From Octopus vulgaris (taxonomy: Eukaryota): DNA of 64,000 nucleotides. Positions 13,546-25,100 of this stretch are shown here, in pieces. The stretch is from NCBI GenBank assembly GCA_951406725.2, contig OX597824.1, positions 88,288,001 to 88,352,000 on the forward strand, in the 5' to 3' direction. The notes under the pieces were generated by a model. It was given only the letters and a program-made list of their open reading frames with translations. It searched no databases and was not told the DNA's origin. Position 1 is the first letter of the stretch. Each line of letters starts with the position of its first letter. The position numbers and the translations under genes are program-made.

Positions 13546-13771
13546 GTGTTGCACTGACCACAAGACGAAAATAGTTTCCCTAAAGCTCCCTAATAACAAG
13601 CTTAGAGTCATTTGTTTACTGTTAGGAAAAGCATCCAGCTGTAGAAACGATGCCTAAGCTGACACTTGGTCTCTATACAAACCTGTAAAGAGCTGGATCC
13701 TGGAGAAACCATTCAACCCATGACAGAATGCAAAATATGCTGGTAGTTATATGCAAGATACAAATTTTGGC

Positions 13772-13997
13772 ACTACTAGTGAATAGTGGTCTTGGTGCAT
13801 GTACTCGCACTAGCTAGTTGTAAGTAGCCGATCCTACGACTTGCACGTATGTTTGTATTTCAAGGCTGAATACATATCAAAGAAAAGTAAATAAATAATT
13901 TTTATAAACAAACTAAGGTTAGGGTTAAAAAGTCTTTGTAGGATCGACTACATACGACTAGCTAGCGCGTACCAGGACCACTGTTCGCTAGTAGTAC
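13772..13997. mobile_element. Fold-back MITE with long imperfect TIRs and an internal GGTTAGGGTT
   Basis: ACTACTAGTGAATAGTGGTCTTGGTGC...GATCCTAC / GTAGGATCG...GTACCAGGACCACTGTTCGCTAGTAGT. A related copy lies at 16698-16958 in the RPL9 intron. Confidence 0.7.
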
Positions 13998-14349
13998 CCA
14001 AATTTTAAGATCATGCACAAGTAGAATCCAGACCTCTAGTTTAATAACAGAAGTATGAGAACATCAGGTTAAGATATATCATAGTCCAGTGCAATTCGAA
14101 CAATATCTAACCCAATTCAGATCAAATAGCAAGGGAATCTGTGTGCTAAGCCCACCCACCTGTTTTCTCACCAATATTTATATCCATCACTGAAAGCCAA
14201 TCGCTAGTTATTCAATTCCACTGTACAAGGGTCTTCCACAATCATCTTGAGTTGATCAATAACTTGTAAGCCAAAACTTCCAAGACAAGCAACAGAACAT
14301 ACAAAGGATTCCGATTTTTACCAAGTGGGATCCTATTTAACTTCTGTAG

Positions 14350-14883
14350 TTAGAACCACACATTCCAAAATTGTTTACATACCAGCTTGAAACCATCTAA
14401 AAAGTCTGCATTCTTTCGATATAACTCGACAAAATCAAAACACTTCACTTCGCGTATATCCGTGGAAGGAAATGACAGTTCGATTCTGCTTGGAAATTTC
14501 CGGGATTTTACATACATACAAACATGAAACAGGTAAGAACAAATATGCAAGGCTTTTTTTTTTTCGTCAAGTTTAAAATGAGACATTGCTGGCATAATTT
14601 CGTTATATCTAAACTCCACACCCTACGGAAATACCCTTAGTGAAATGTCTCGATCATATCGAAGGAATGCCCAATATTGCTTACATACAAGCTTGAAACC
14701 ATCAAAAAAGTCTACATAGGCGCAGGAGTGGCTGAGTGGTAAGTAGCTTGCTAACCAACCACATGGTTCCGGGTTCAGTCCCACTGCGTGGCATCTTGGG
14801 CAAGTGTCTTCTACTATAGCCTCGGGCTGACCAAAGCCTTGTGAGTGGATTTGGTAGACGGAAACTGAAAGAAGCCTGTCGTA

Positions 14884-14930
<47 letters not shown>

Positions 14931-15330
14931 ATATGTTTGTCCCCCTAGCATTGCTTGACAACCGATGCTGGTGTGTTTACGTCCCCGTTACCTAGCGGTT
15001 CGGCAAAAGAGACCGATAGAATAAGTACTGGGCTTACAAAGAATAAGTCCCGGGGTCGATTTGCTCGACTAAAGGCGGTGCTCCAGCATGGCCGCAGTCA
15101 AATGACTGAAACAAGTAAAAGAGTAAAGAGTAAGAGTATCCGATAGGGACATTTTGCTAGCATTAAAGCGTTTTTAAGATCTGATTTCATTACCCTGAAG
15201 ATATCAATAGCATTTAGATTAAACATAGTTAAAAGCCGTTTAGAGTGTTTACAATTGAAATTAACCAAAACAATAGCTATACAAAATCATTACTAAATGG
15301 AGGATGCAACTGAGAAGACGGTAGAAAACT
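14350..15330 (-). pseudogene. Candidate decayed ORF of unknown family with an internal repeat, interrupted by a SINE
   Basis: The motif DFxDGFKLVCKQxW occurs twice in one frame, 306 nt apart. There is one in-frame TAG (14623-14625). An open frame continues beyond the SINE (15138-15330). Confidence 0.35.
14719..15135 (+). mobile_element. Bipartite tRNA-derived SINE (family A): tRNA/CORE-like head, (TA)n(TG)n spacer, conserved 3' half
   Basis: GGCGCAGGAGTGGCTGAGTGGTAAG A box, GGTTCAGTCCC B box, TTGGGCAAGTG core, tail GACTGAAACAAGTAAAAGAG. Copies at about 5790-6172(-), 6813-7187, 16205-16580, 21203-21590, 26279-26608, 30555-30945, 38462-38720(-), 51759-52146, 54345-54770, 58442-58812, 62010-62389(-), plus many fragments. 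Confidence 0.88.
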
Positions 15331-15448
15331 CCAAGTCAACAATATGGATAAAAAGGCAAAAAAAATTAACATCTGTATTCATCTACGAAATATGCCATAT
15401 AGAAATATGAAATATTATCACAGCACATTGGAATGAAAAGAAAGCACA

Positions 15449-15478
15449 TTTATTAAAGATAGCTCACTCCACTTTATT
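15449..15478 (-). terminator. Candidate RPL9 polyadenylation signals
   Basis: AATAAA on the minus strand at 15478-15473 and 15454-15449, 60-90 nt after the stop. Confidence 0.55.
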
Positions 15479-15539
15479 TCATCAGGCAATGTTTGAAACG
15501 TTCTGTAAAAGTTCGTGTTAACACTGTCCAACATTATTT

Positions 15540-16103
15540 TTATTCCTGTATAGTACCTTTCTCGGATACGTAAATGCCATCCAAGAACTTTCTTATATCT
15601 TTTTCTTTCACTGATGTTGACTGTTGGATGAGGGCAGCTGATCTGGAAACCAACTCGATATCATTTCCTTCTAAGACGAATTCATCCTTTTGCGCCGTCG
15701 ATACAGAGAACATAACACCAGGTAACATTTCCACATGTCGGGCAAATTTCTCTCCAAGGAAATTTCTGATTTCAACGGCATTGCCGCCATTCAATACCAC
15801 AACGTTGATTGGGAAATGGGCATAAACAGACCTCATCTTGTAACGGAACCCTTTGGTAACACCCTTGATCATATTCTCAATATGAGTGCAAACAGTGCGC
15901 ACGGCGGCCAATTCTTTCCTCTTACCGAAGTATTTTTCGACTTTGACGAGGTTCTTCCTAGGCAGGGTAATTGTGATGAAAAGGTGTCGGAAGTTTCGAT
16001 ACAGGGTCCCGCGAGGACCAGTAACCGTCACACGCCTCGAACTAACTTTTACCGTCACTCCATCCGGCACGTTCACAGTCTGGTCAGCGTAAATCGTCTT
16101 CAT
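15540..16103 (-). CDS. RPL9: 60S ribosomal protein L9 (uL6), intronless CDS, 187 aa
   Basis: MKTI...[10 protein letters not shown]...[23 protein letters not shown]...RNFLGEK...[16 protein letters not shown]. The splice acceptor (TTTTAG) puts the exon start at 16114, 11 nt before the ATG. Confidence 0.98.
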   Translation of the reverse strand: MKTIYADQTVNVPDGVTVKVSSRRVTVTGPRGTLYRNFRHLFITITLPRKNLVKVEKYFGKRKELAAVRTVCTHIENMIKGVTKGFRYKMRSVYAHFPINVVVLNGGNAVEIRNFLGEKFARHVEMLPGVMFSVSTAQKDEFVLEGNDIELVSRSAALIQQSTSVKEKDIRKFLDGIYVSEKGTIQE

Positions 16104-16697
16104 TTTTGTTTATTCTAAAATAGAATGAAAAACAAAACAATAAAAGCAACCACAAAATATATTTATCGTACGATTAATTGATATTAATTAAAATAAAAAT
16201 CAAACTAGTGGCTGTGTGGTGAGTAGATTGCTTACCAACCACATGGTTCCGGGTTCAGTCCCACTGCGTGGCACCTTGGGCAAGTGTCTTCTACTAATAG
16301 CCTCGGGCCGACCAAAACCCTGTGAGTGGATTTGGTAGACGGAAAATGAAAGAAGCCCGTCGTATGTATATATATATATATATATATATGTGTTTGTCCA
16401 CCCCAACATCGCTTGACAACCGATGCTGGTGTGTTTACCTCCCCGTAACTTACCGGTTCGGCAAAAGTGACCGATAGAATAAGTACTAGGCTTACAAAGA
16501 ATAAGTCCTGGGGACGATTTGCTCGACTAAAGGCGGTGCTCCAGCATGGCCGCAGTGAAAATGAGTGAAACAAGTAAAAAAGTATACCGTCAACTCATTT
16601 GAGTGTTTAAATAGACACACAATAAAAACTGAACATCGATCAAAATTAAGTTTTGCAATAAATTCAAGAGGTTGACAACCAAAGGAAGTTAAATGGA

Positions 16698-16958
16698 GTA
16701 CTACTCGAGAACAGTGGTCCCGGTGCGCGCAGTAGCGTACTCGCGCTAGCCAGTCGTGACTATAACCGATCCTTACTTTGTGTTTTATTTACTTCGTTTA
16801 AAAAAATTATTTGCTTTGTGTAAAAAAAAAAAAAAAAATAATATATTTTGTGTTTTTATTTACTTTGCTACGTAGTCGTTGTAGGATCGATTAGTCACGA
16901 CTGGCTAGCGGTGACGTGCGAGTGCGCGCACTGGGACCACTGTTCTCAGGTTAATACC
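16698..16958. mobile_element. Fold-back MITE in the RPL9 5'-UTR intron
   Basis: GAGAACAGTGGTCCCGGTGCGCGCA..CGCTAGCCAGTCGTGACTA / TAGTCACGACTGGCTAGCG..TGCGCGCACTGGGACCACTGTTCTC. Confidence 0.75.
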
Positions 16959-17474
16959 GTTAAATGGTAACATGCGTGGAACAATTACATTGCATAGAGA
17001 ATTCATGTGGATCAGTTGGGATTTACACGGATTACGAGCGTCATGTCATGCAGGACACGTTTATTGGATTATAAGATCGGAAGCAACAGACGAAGTCGAG
17101 CTTAATTAACTGCTTACAGCTTTAAAAACTTCCCTGTTGAAGCCACATTTCATAAAACACAAACCGATTGTTAACATACTATATATACATCACTGAATTA
17201 ATAAGAAAAATATAGCAAAATCTTTAACAAAAGTTGTAATTAAATTCTGTTTTCTTCTGATTTGGCGAATATAAAATGGCGCACATGGAAGTTTCGTGGA
17301 GAAATTAGACTTTAAAAACGGTTATATTCAATATTTAGCGGTGTTGTGGCGACTTAGACGGCTTTGGTGGAATCAACCATACGTTAGCAACATTACGGAG
17401 TTAGAAAAATTGGGAACAATATGGAATAATAAAGGAATTTAAGCAAAAATGTGTGTGAGATGGTGGCACCTTAC

Positions 17475-17510
17475 CTGCCCGAAGGAGAACCGAACGACTA
17501 AAAGGAAGAG
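17475..17510 (-). promoter_or_regulatory. RPL9: RPL9 non-coding exon 1 with TCT initiator / 5'TOP tract
   Basis: Minus strand reads GCCAT-CTCTTCCTTTT...GGGCAG|GTAAGG, giving intron 17474-16115. A YY1-type AAAATGGCG lies at about 17273. Confidence 0.82.
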
Positions 17511-17603
17511 ATGGCGTTGGCACGTGTGAGACCTTCGTATGAGAACGAGGCTCTGCCATAGAAAAATCGCTTAAAACCATTTAGATTTGATTTCTTTTTT
17601 TAA

Positions 17604-17984
17604 AAATTTATATTTTATAATTCGTTTTATTATTTATGAAATTAAATTAAATGTATCAACGATGAAAATTTGAATGAAATTAAATTATAATTTACGTAAC
17701 TATCGCTGAAGTGTTATTACCTCCCTTCCATGTAGCTTTCCCGGAACTTTCGGTTTTTCATTCATTCGTATTTTTTTTAATGAAACACAAACACATTTTT
17801 GCTATTAAACCATGGCAGCAAACGATATAATAAAATATAAATTTTTAAAAAAAGATCCCTCAAATATAAATGACATTTGTTTACTATTTTCTCTCAAATC
17901 GTACAATTTCTGTAGACAAGTTAACAATAAAGCCATACCTCTTTCTTAGTGGCTGTTTCATCTATTTGAAGGGGGGAATATAGA
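17604..17984. repeat. Direct duplicate of the DNAJC17 promoter and ATG plus an inverted copy of exon 1 / intron 1 start
   Basis: 17604-17828 repeats 17991-18201. 17868-17984 is the reverse complement of about 18213-18325 joined to 18374-18378. Confidence 0.88.
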
Positions 17985-18184
17985 ATATAGAATTTATATT
18001 TTACTATTTATAAAATTAAATTAAATGTATCAACGACGAAAATTTGAATGAAATTAAATAATAATTTACGCAACTATCGCTGAAGTGTTATTACCTCCCT
18101 TGCATATTGCTTTCCCGGAATTTTCGGTTTTTCATTCATTTGTCTTTCTTCAACGAAACACAAACACAGATTTGCTATTAAACC

Positions 18185-19086
18185 ATGGCAGCAACCGATA
18201 TTACGAAATTAGATCTATATTCTCTCCTTCAAATAGATGAAGCAGCCACTAAGAAAGAGGTATGGCTTTATTGTTGACCTGTCTACAGAAATTTTACGAT
18301 TTGAGGGAAAATAGTAAACAAATGTTGTGGTACACGTGAGCACTGTATACAATAATTTCATTATTATAAATGTCATTTGTAGTTACATTCATATCGGGAA
18401 TAATTAGAAAGAATAATATTTATGAAGGCGGCGAGCTGGCAGAAACGTTAGCACCTTGGACGAAATGCTTCGCGGTATTTCGTCTGCCGTTACGTTCTGA
18501 GTTCAAATTCCGCCGAATTCGACTTTGGCTTTCATCCTTTCGGGGTTGATAAATTAACTACCAGTTACGCACTTTACCCTCTGTAAAGAAATAGGAAATT
18601 ATAAACATTTACGATATTACTTTTGTTGTGTCTGGGGAGAGTCATTTTCTTTTTGTGCCTTATAACACAGTCACCGGTAAAATTTCCACTTATTTCTTAT
18701 TTTTATTTTCATAAAATTTTCGTTGCGTCTTGCAACCTTTTCAATAGTCAAGACTACTGAATAGGTTTCAAAACGCAACGGAAATTTTACCGGTGAGTGT
18801 GTTACATTATAAGAGGCACAAAAAGAAAATGACTCTCCCCAGACACAACAGAATAAGCTTCAACACACGAACTCATAAAGAATCTTGCAAACCAGATCCA
18901 AGAACGAGATATAACTTTTACTTCCCGGATAAATTTAAATGAAATATTTGGTCAATCTTCCATTGGCGATCTTTCGGTACAAGTACCATAACTGCCTATT
19001 ATAAACCCACGTGTGTTTATTTACATTTCTGAAGAAAAAAGTAACCCTTTTCTCCCACCCCTAATCCAAACTCTAACCCTAACCCC

Positions 19087-19134
<48 letters not shown>

Positions 19135-22100
19135 CTTTACGGAAAGTGATGATCTTCTTCAAATGTAAACAAACAGACTTGGCAGCTATGGTACTTGTAC
19201 CGAAAGATGGTCTCTTGGTAACCTTAAGCTCCATGGAGAGATTTGCTAATATCTTACTTTGAAACTGAGGAAGTTTGCGAAAATATTTATAGCCTTCGAA
19301 AGTATGAATTCAAATTTAAATATTCCAGCTTATCGATAAAATGCGGTATTAGTAGCAAGGCTTTTGAACTTGTATGTAGTCTTATTGGATTATACAATCA
19401 GAGAAGAAGTTTTACTTTTTGTTTTGGGTTCTAATAAAGTATTTTTTAAAGTGGATCTGTGATGGAAAGGACCCTAACCCTAATGTTTGGTGCAAAGAAA
19501 GGATGGCGCCAGTCAAGTTTTGCTCCTTTTTAAACATTGTTTTCAGAATTAATTGTTATAAACATTGCGTTAATGGGTAAGATTTACCGATGTTTCAAGT
19601 TAATGAGTGACCTTTAATAAATGAGACTAAACCAAGTTTCAGAGGAATACAAGCAATTATATTTGTATATTTGATAGGAATCTAAAATTTGTATATTTGA
19701 TTTGTACATTACTGCATATACTTTATACGCACTTTTTGACAAGTTGTGGTGCACCTGAGCACTGTATACAACAATTTCATTATTATAATAATGCCAAAAG
19801 GCTGCTAGAATTCTAACCAGAAGTACCGTATTTAACGTGTATAAGGAACCCCCTAATTTTTGGGGCTTAAAATTTGGAAAAGAGATTTTTTTAAGGGATT
19901 ATAATACTATCCATGTATAAGAAACTCCCATATTTTTTAACCTAATTTTTGATAAAAAAAAGTGTTCCTTAAAATACGTTAATTAGGCAAAGTATATGAT
20001 ATTTGGTTTGAGGTCTACTACGTAATGGAGATAGTATATCCGAGAGAGAGAAAAAGAAACATTTGACTGGTGTATTTTAGAACACGTTCTGAATATAGTC
20101 AAGTTGTTTGACTCCAAGTCAACCCAAATCAGGCAACCCTTTAGTGGTTCTCAACCATTTTTACCTTTGGATCCTTTTGATTCCTATTTTACTCGGGTGG
20201 ACCCTCATTCCCATCCAATGTTTTAAAAAAAATTCTGTTATATTTTTATAAACAATTGCAGCATGGAAGGTGTTTATAAGCCATTTAAGAAACACATAAA
20301 ATCCATTAGGTTCTCTTCAACATTTAAATCTAATTTGTCAAAATATTTTCGTCGCTTTTTGAGACCGCGACCTGTTCACTGACAAAATTCCGTGCTAAAC
20401 ACCATCCATGCTGCAATTGTTTTCGTTCCAGCACACGATCTCAGATCAGGTCACTTGCTATGCAAGTACATCTCCGTAATATACTTTTATAGTTTTTAGG
20501 AATTGTATAAGAAATTGTCAAAATATTTTTGGCCTATTGCCAGTGCCGCCTTTACTGGCTTCTGTGCCGGTGGCACGTAAAATACACCAATCTGATCATG
20601 GCCGTTTGCCAGCCTCGCCTGGCACCTGTGCAGGTGGCACGTAAAAAGCACCCACTACACTCACGGAGTGGTAGGCGTTAGGAAGGGCATCCAGGTGTAG
20701 AAACACTATCAGATCTGACCGGAGCCTGGTGCAGCCTCCTGGCTTCCAGGATCCCCGGTCAAACCGTCAAACCCATGCTAGCATGGAGAACGGACGTTAA
20801 ATGATGATGATTTTGTGTATTGCAACAAAATCTTATATGGACACCCCAAGGGCTTTGTGGACCTTTCTTGAAAATCACTCATGTAGAAACTATTTGAAGC
20901 AAGAACATATCGTTATGAAGCTGCTTTAAGTTGCATGAAAAGTTTGAATGGAATTTTACTTGTAAATAACATTTATTTGTTCTTTTATTTTTTTTTCTCC
21001 CCAGATTATTTCAGCCTACAGAAAAAAAGCTCTGAAATGCCATCCTGATAAAAATCCAGATAATGCAAACGCAGGTGAGAAATCCATTTGGAAAAATTCA
21101 TTGTAATCCAAATTGTAATAATGATTAATACATTTTAAAATAACAAACTGATATGGCGTGGATATACACGTCTGGCGTTAAATATTATTACACAAATAAA
21201 TAGGCGCAGGAGTGGCTGTGTGGTAAGTAGCTTGTTTACCAACCACATGGTTCAGTCCCACTGCGTGGCACCTTGGGCAAGTGTCTTCTACAGCCTCGGG
21301 CCGACCAAAGCCTTGTGAGTGGATTTGGTAGACGGAAACTGAAAGAAGCCCGTCGTATATATGTATATATATGCTTGTGTGTGTTTGTGTGTCTGTGTTT
21401 GTCCACCTAGCATTACTTGACAACTGATGCTGGTGTGTTTACGTCCCTTTAACTTAGCGGTTCGGCAAAAGAGACCGATAGAATAAAAACTGGGCTTACA
21501 AAAGAATAAGTCCTGGGGCCGACTTGCTCGATTAAAGACGGTGCTCCAGCATGGCTGTAGTCAAATGACTGAAACAAGTAAAAGAGTAAAAGAGAGAGAG
21601 TTGGTTGTAGTTATGTAAAAATAACCTATTATAGACACATGTTAACACTGTATTCACTTCATATTACTCAAATGTAGGTACAATACTCAATAGTCACTGT
21701 TCAGCTACTGACGGTTCACTCATTTCTTCTGTAATCGGTGAGTCTCTCTTCAGACGTGCTGAGGTGTTTGGAATTCTCCCATAACACAAACATATAATGC
21801 AATAATGATAATGTATGTTGATACACACTCAGTAATAATATATAATGGTGAGGTTTCATATCGGTACCAGACTGCATATTTATAGTAGAAGAGGTATAAT
21901 CTTTTGGATTTTAGATGAAATAAAAGACAAAATCAGCCTCCTTAATAATTTATTCTGTTGTGTTTGGGGAGAGTCGTTTTCTTTTTGTGCCTTATAATGT
22001 AACACACTCACCGGTAAAATTTTCTTATTTTTATTTTCCTAAAATTTTCGTTGCATCTTGCAACCTTTTCAATAGTTTGCAAGACGCAACGAAAACCGTA

Positions 22101-25100
22101 GAAAAATAAAAAGGAAATAAGTGGAAATTCCACCAGTGAACGTGTTAAACCACAAGGCACAAAAAGAGAATGACTCTCCCCAGACACAACAGAATATGCT
22201 TCAACACACGAATTCATATAAAGAATCTTGCAAACCAAATCCAAAAACGAAACTTAATAATTTAATTATGGATTTTAGATGGAATCATCATCATCATCAT
22301 CATCATCATCGTTTAACGTCCGTTTTCCATGCTAGCATGGGTTGGACGGTTCAGCTTGCGTCTGAGAAGCCAGAAGGCTGTGCCAGGCCCAGTCTGATCT
22401 GGCAGTGTTTCTACAGCTGGATGCCCTTCCTAATGCCAACCACTCCGTGAGTGTAGTGGGTGCTTTTTACGTGCCACCTGCACAGGTGCCAGGGGAGGCT
22501 GGCAAACGGCCACGCTCGGATGGTGCTTTTTACGTGCCACAAGACAAAATCAACCTCCTTAATATTTAAACTCTTCGAATGTAATGATAAATAATAACTG
22601 CAATAATAATTTAATTATTAGTTGGAAGAGCAACTGATGAGAGCGACAGGAATAGGCTGAATGCAAAAAATAGAGTTGGAGGAGATTAGAATGCAACAGA
22701 GTATGAGAGGCAAAAAGAAATTGTAGGTGCAGGTTTGACTTTATTGTGAAAAGGTTTACGAACACTGCGGCACCCTCAGGATCTAACTTTACTGTAGTAA
22801 TTGACCAATTACTTCCGATTAAAGAATGGTGGGTAGAAATATTACAGGAGTAGATCATATGTGTGTGTTAGTGTAAATTGTTTGTGACGTTTAGCGAGTG
22901 AAGGGAGATAACTCCCTACAGCGACGTGACAAGAAATTTAACCATTCACTAACTGATTATTAGATTTAAGTGCTGCAGTCGATATCATTGATTAGACAAT
23001 CTGAAGGTCTTGTCCCAGCGTAGTTAAAGTCCAATGAATGAAACTGTAAAAGAAGATATAAGCTCCAGTCTGATCTGGCAGTGTTTCTAACGCCAAATCA
23101 ATAATTTGATACAACCTGAGATTGGTGCATTTTTGGTGGATAAATTGTTTAGTTCCAGGTCTACCTTGATCAGTCACAGCCTTTCTAGCTGTGACCATCC
23201 CCTCTTTTTGTTCACCAGATTACTTTCTCCACTTTAGTTGCCCTTATTTAAGACAGTATGGCATGAAGTGAGGGAGATTTAGATGCTATTTCAAGCAGAT
23301 CAAGTGAAGCCCTTTATTTGTCATTAAGCGTTTGTTTAATTACTCCAAGGCTGTATACTCTTTAGTAAGCGCTCGACTAACCATCCATAGATGCTATTCT
23401 CATTTAACATAAAACAATAGCACAAATGTCTAAGTTTACAGGAGCATACAACTTCTGCTAACATGAATGATAACATTTCCAGAAAGAAGAAATTCCTAAT
23501 ATGTGACAGTTGAGGAAGCAGGTTGGCAGAATCATTAGCATACCTGGAAAATTGCTCAGTAGCATTTCATTCATCTTAATGTTCTGAGTTCAAATTCTGT
23601 TGAGGTCTACCTTGCCTTTCATCCTTTAGGGGTTGATAAAGTAAGTACCTATTTCTTTACTACCCACAGGGGTTAAACACGGAGAGGACAAACAAGGACA
23701 GACAAAATGGATTAAGTTGATTATATCGACCCCAGTGCATAACTGGTACTTATTTAATCGACCTCAAAAGGATGAAAGGCAAAGTCGACCTCGGCGGAAT
23801 TTGAACTCAGAATGTAACAGCAGACGAAATACCGCTAAGCATTTCGCCCGGCGTGCTAACGATTCTGCCAGCTAGCCACCGTTGATAAAGTAAGTACCAG
23901 CTGAACACAGGAGTTGATGGCATCAACTTACCCACTTGCCCAAAATTGCTGGCTTTGTGACAAAATTTGAAATCAATATTACTGTGATTTTTTTTTCTTC
24001 TTATATTCCAGCACTAGAGTTTCAGCAGTTATCCAAAGCTCTTGAAGTTTTAACCGATATATCAGCGAAGGTAAGTTTTCAGTGTATTTGTGCAAAACTG
24101 ATACACACACATATCTATATATATATATCTATATCTATATATTTTTCCATGGGTATGAGTAAGTATTTCATTTATGTCTTATGTATTTATCGCTGAGGAG
24201 GGGAAAATTCTTATGAATTAACCCCGAAATTGGGACCAATACGATAAAAATGGATTTTTTAGAAATTTCTATTGGCTTGTTTTGAGACGCATAAATTATA
24301 ATGGTTATTGACAATTTTGTCTTTTTTCGGCATATTTGGCATTAGAATTTTACTTTTGCCCTTATTTTATAAGTTATTTATAAATTTAACCTTTAAAGGT
24401 ATTTTTTGATATGCTGGCCATTGATAAAATTTTATCCTACATTAGTTGTATATATCTATAATTATATAGTGTGGGTAATGTGATTAAAAAGACAACTGTT
24501 CCGGGTTTCATCTTATTGTTTATAAATATGCTTTTGATTTTTTTATGTTTTTATAGTTGAATGAATATTTTATTTTACAATTAAATGCATAAAATATTTT
24601 CTTTCAGGCAGCGTATGACAAGATATGGCGAGCTAAAAAAGCTGCAATAATAAGAAATAAGGAACTTGACAGTAAACGGAAAAAACTCAAAGAAGGTAAA
24701 TAGTTTTAAACTGACTGATGTCTTTTACTTTGTTATATATATACATACAAACATATGTATTTTAAGATCTAATATGTATTTGCCCCACAGCAAGACATCT
24801 GTACCTGCCTCTCTATCATACTTTAATCCAGTGCTTTTCAACCTTTTTGCTGGAGTGGAACCCCAAGGAAACATTCCACTGGCTCGAAGAACCCCTGTGC
24901 AATAATTTAATAGTCTTTTGCACACATATCTGCACAGGAGAATTAAAAATTACTGTCGATTTTAGCATTTTTGTAACTTCTTGCGGAACCCCTGGACTGT
25001 ACTGGCAGAACCCTAAGGTTCCACGGAACACTGCTCTAATCTCTCATAATTTGACATAAAGCCACTTCCCTCAGTGCAACAACACCTTGCTCAATTGTGG

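Noticed and set aside
14719-14795. tRNA-like sequences with A and B boxes
   Set aside because: These are SINE heads that continue into repeat bodies; no stand-alone cloverleaf gene could be supported.
16980-17200. Possible intronic snoRNA in the RPL9 intron
   Set aside because: No clean C/D box pair with terminal stem, and no H/ACA double hairpin could be established by eye.
21700-21765. Minus-strand CTGAAGA...GAAC...GTC motif
   Set aside because: Too degenerate (incomplete GAAA, broken stem I); at most a remnant.
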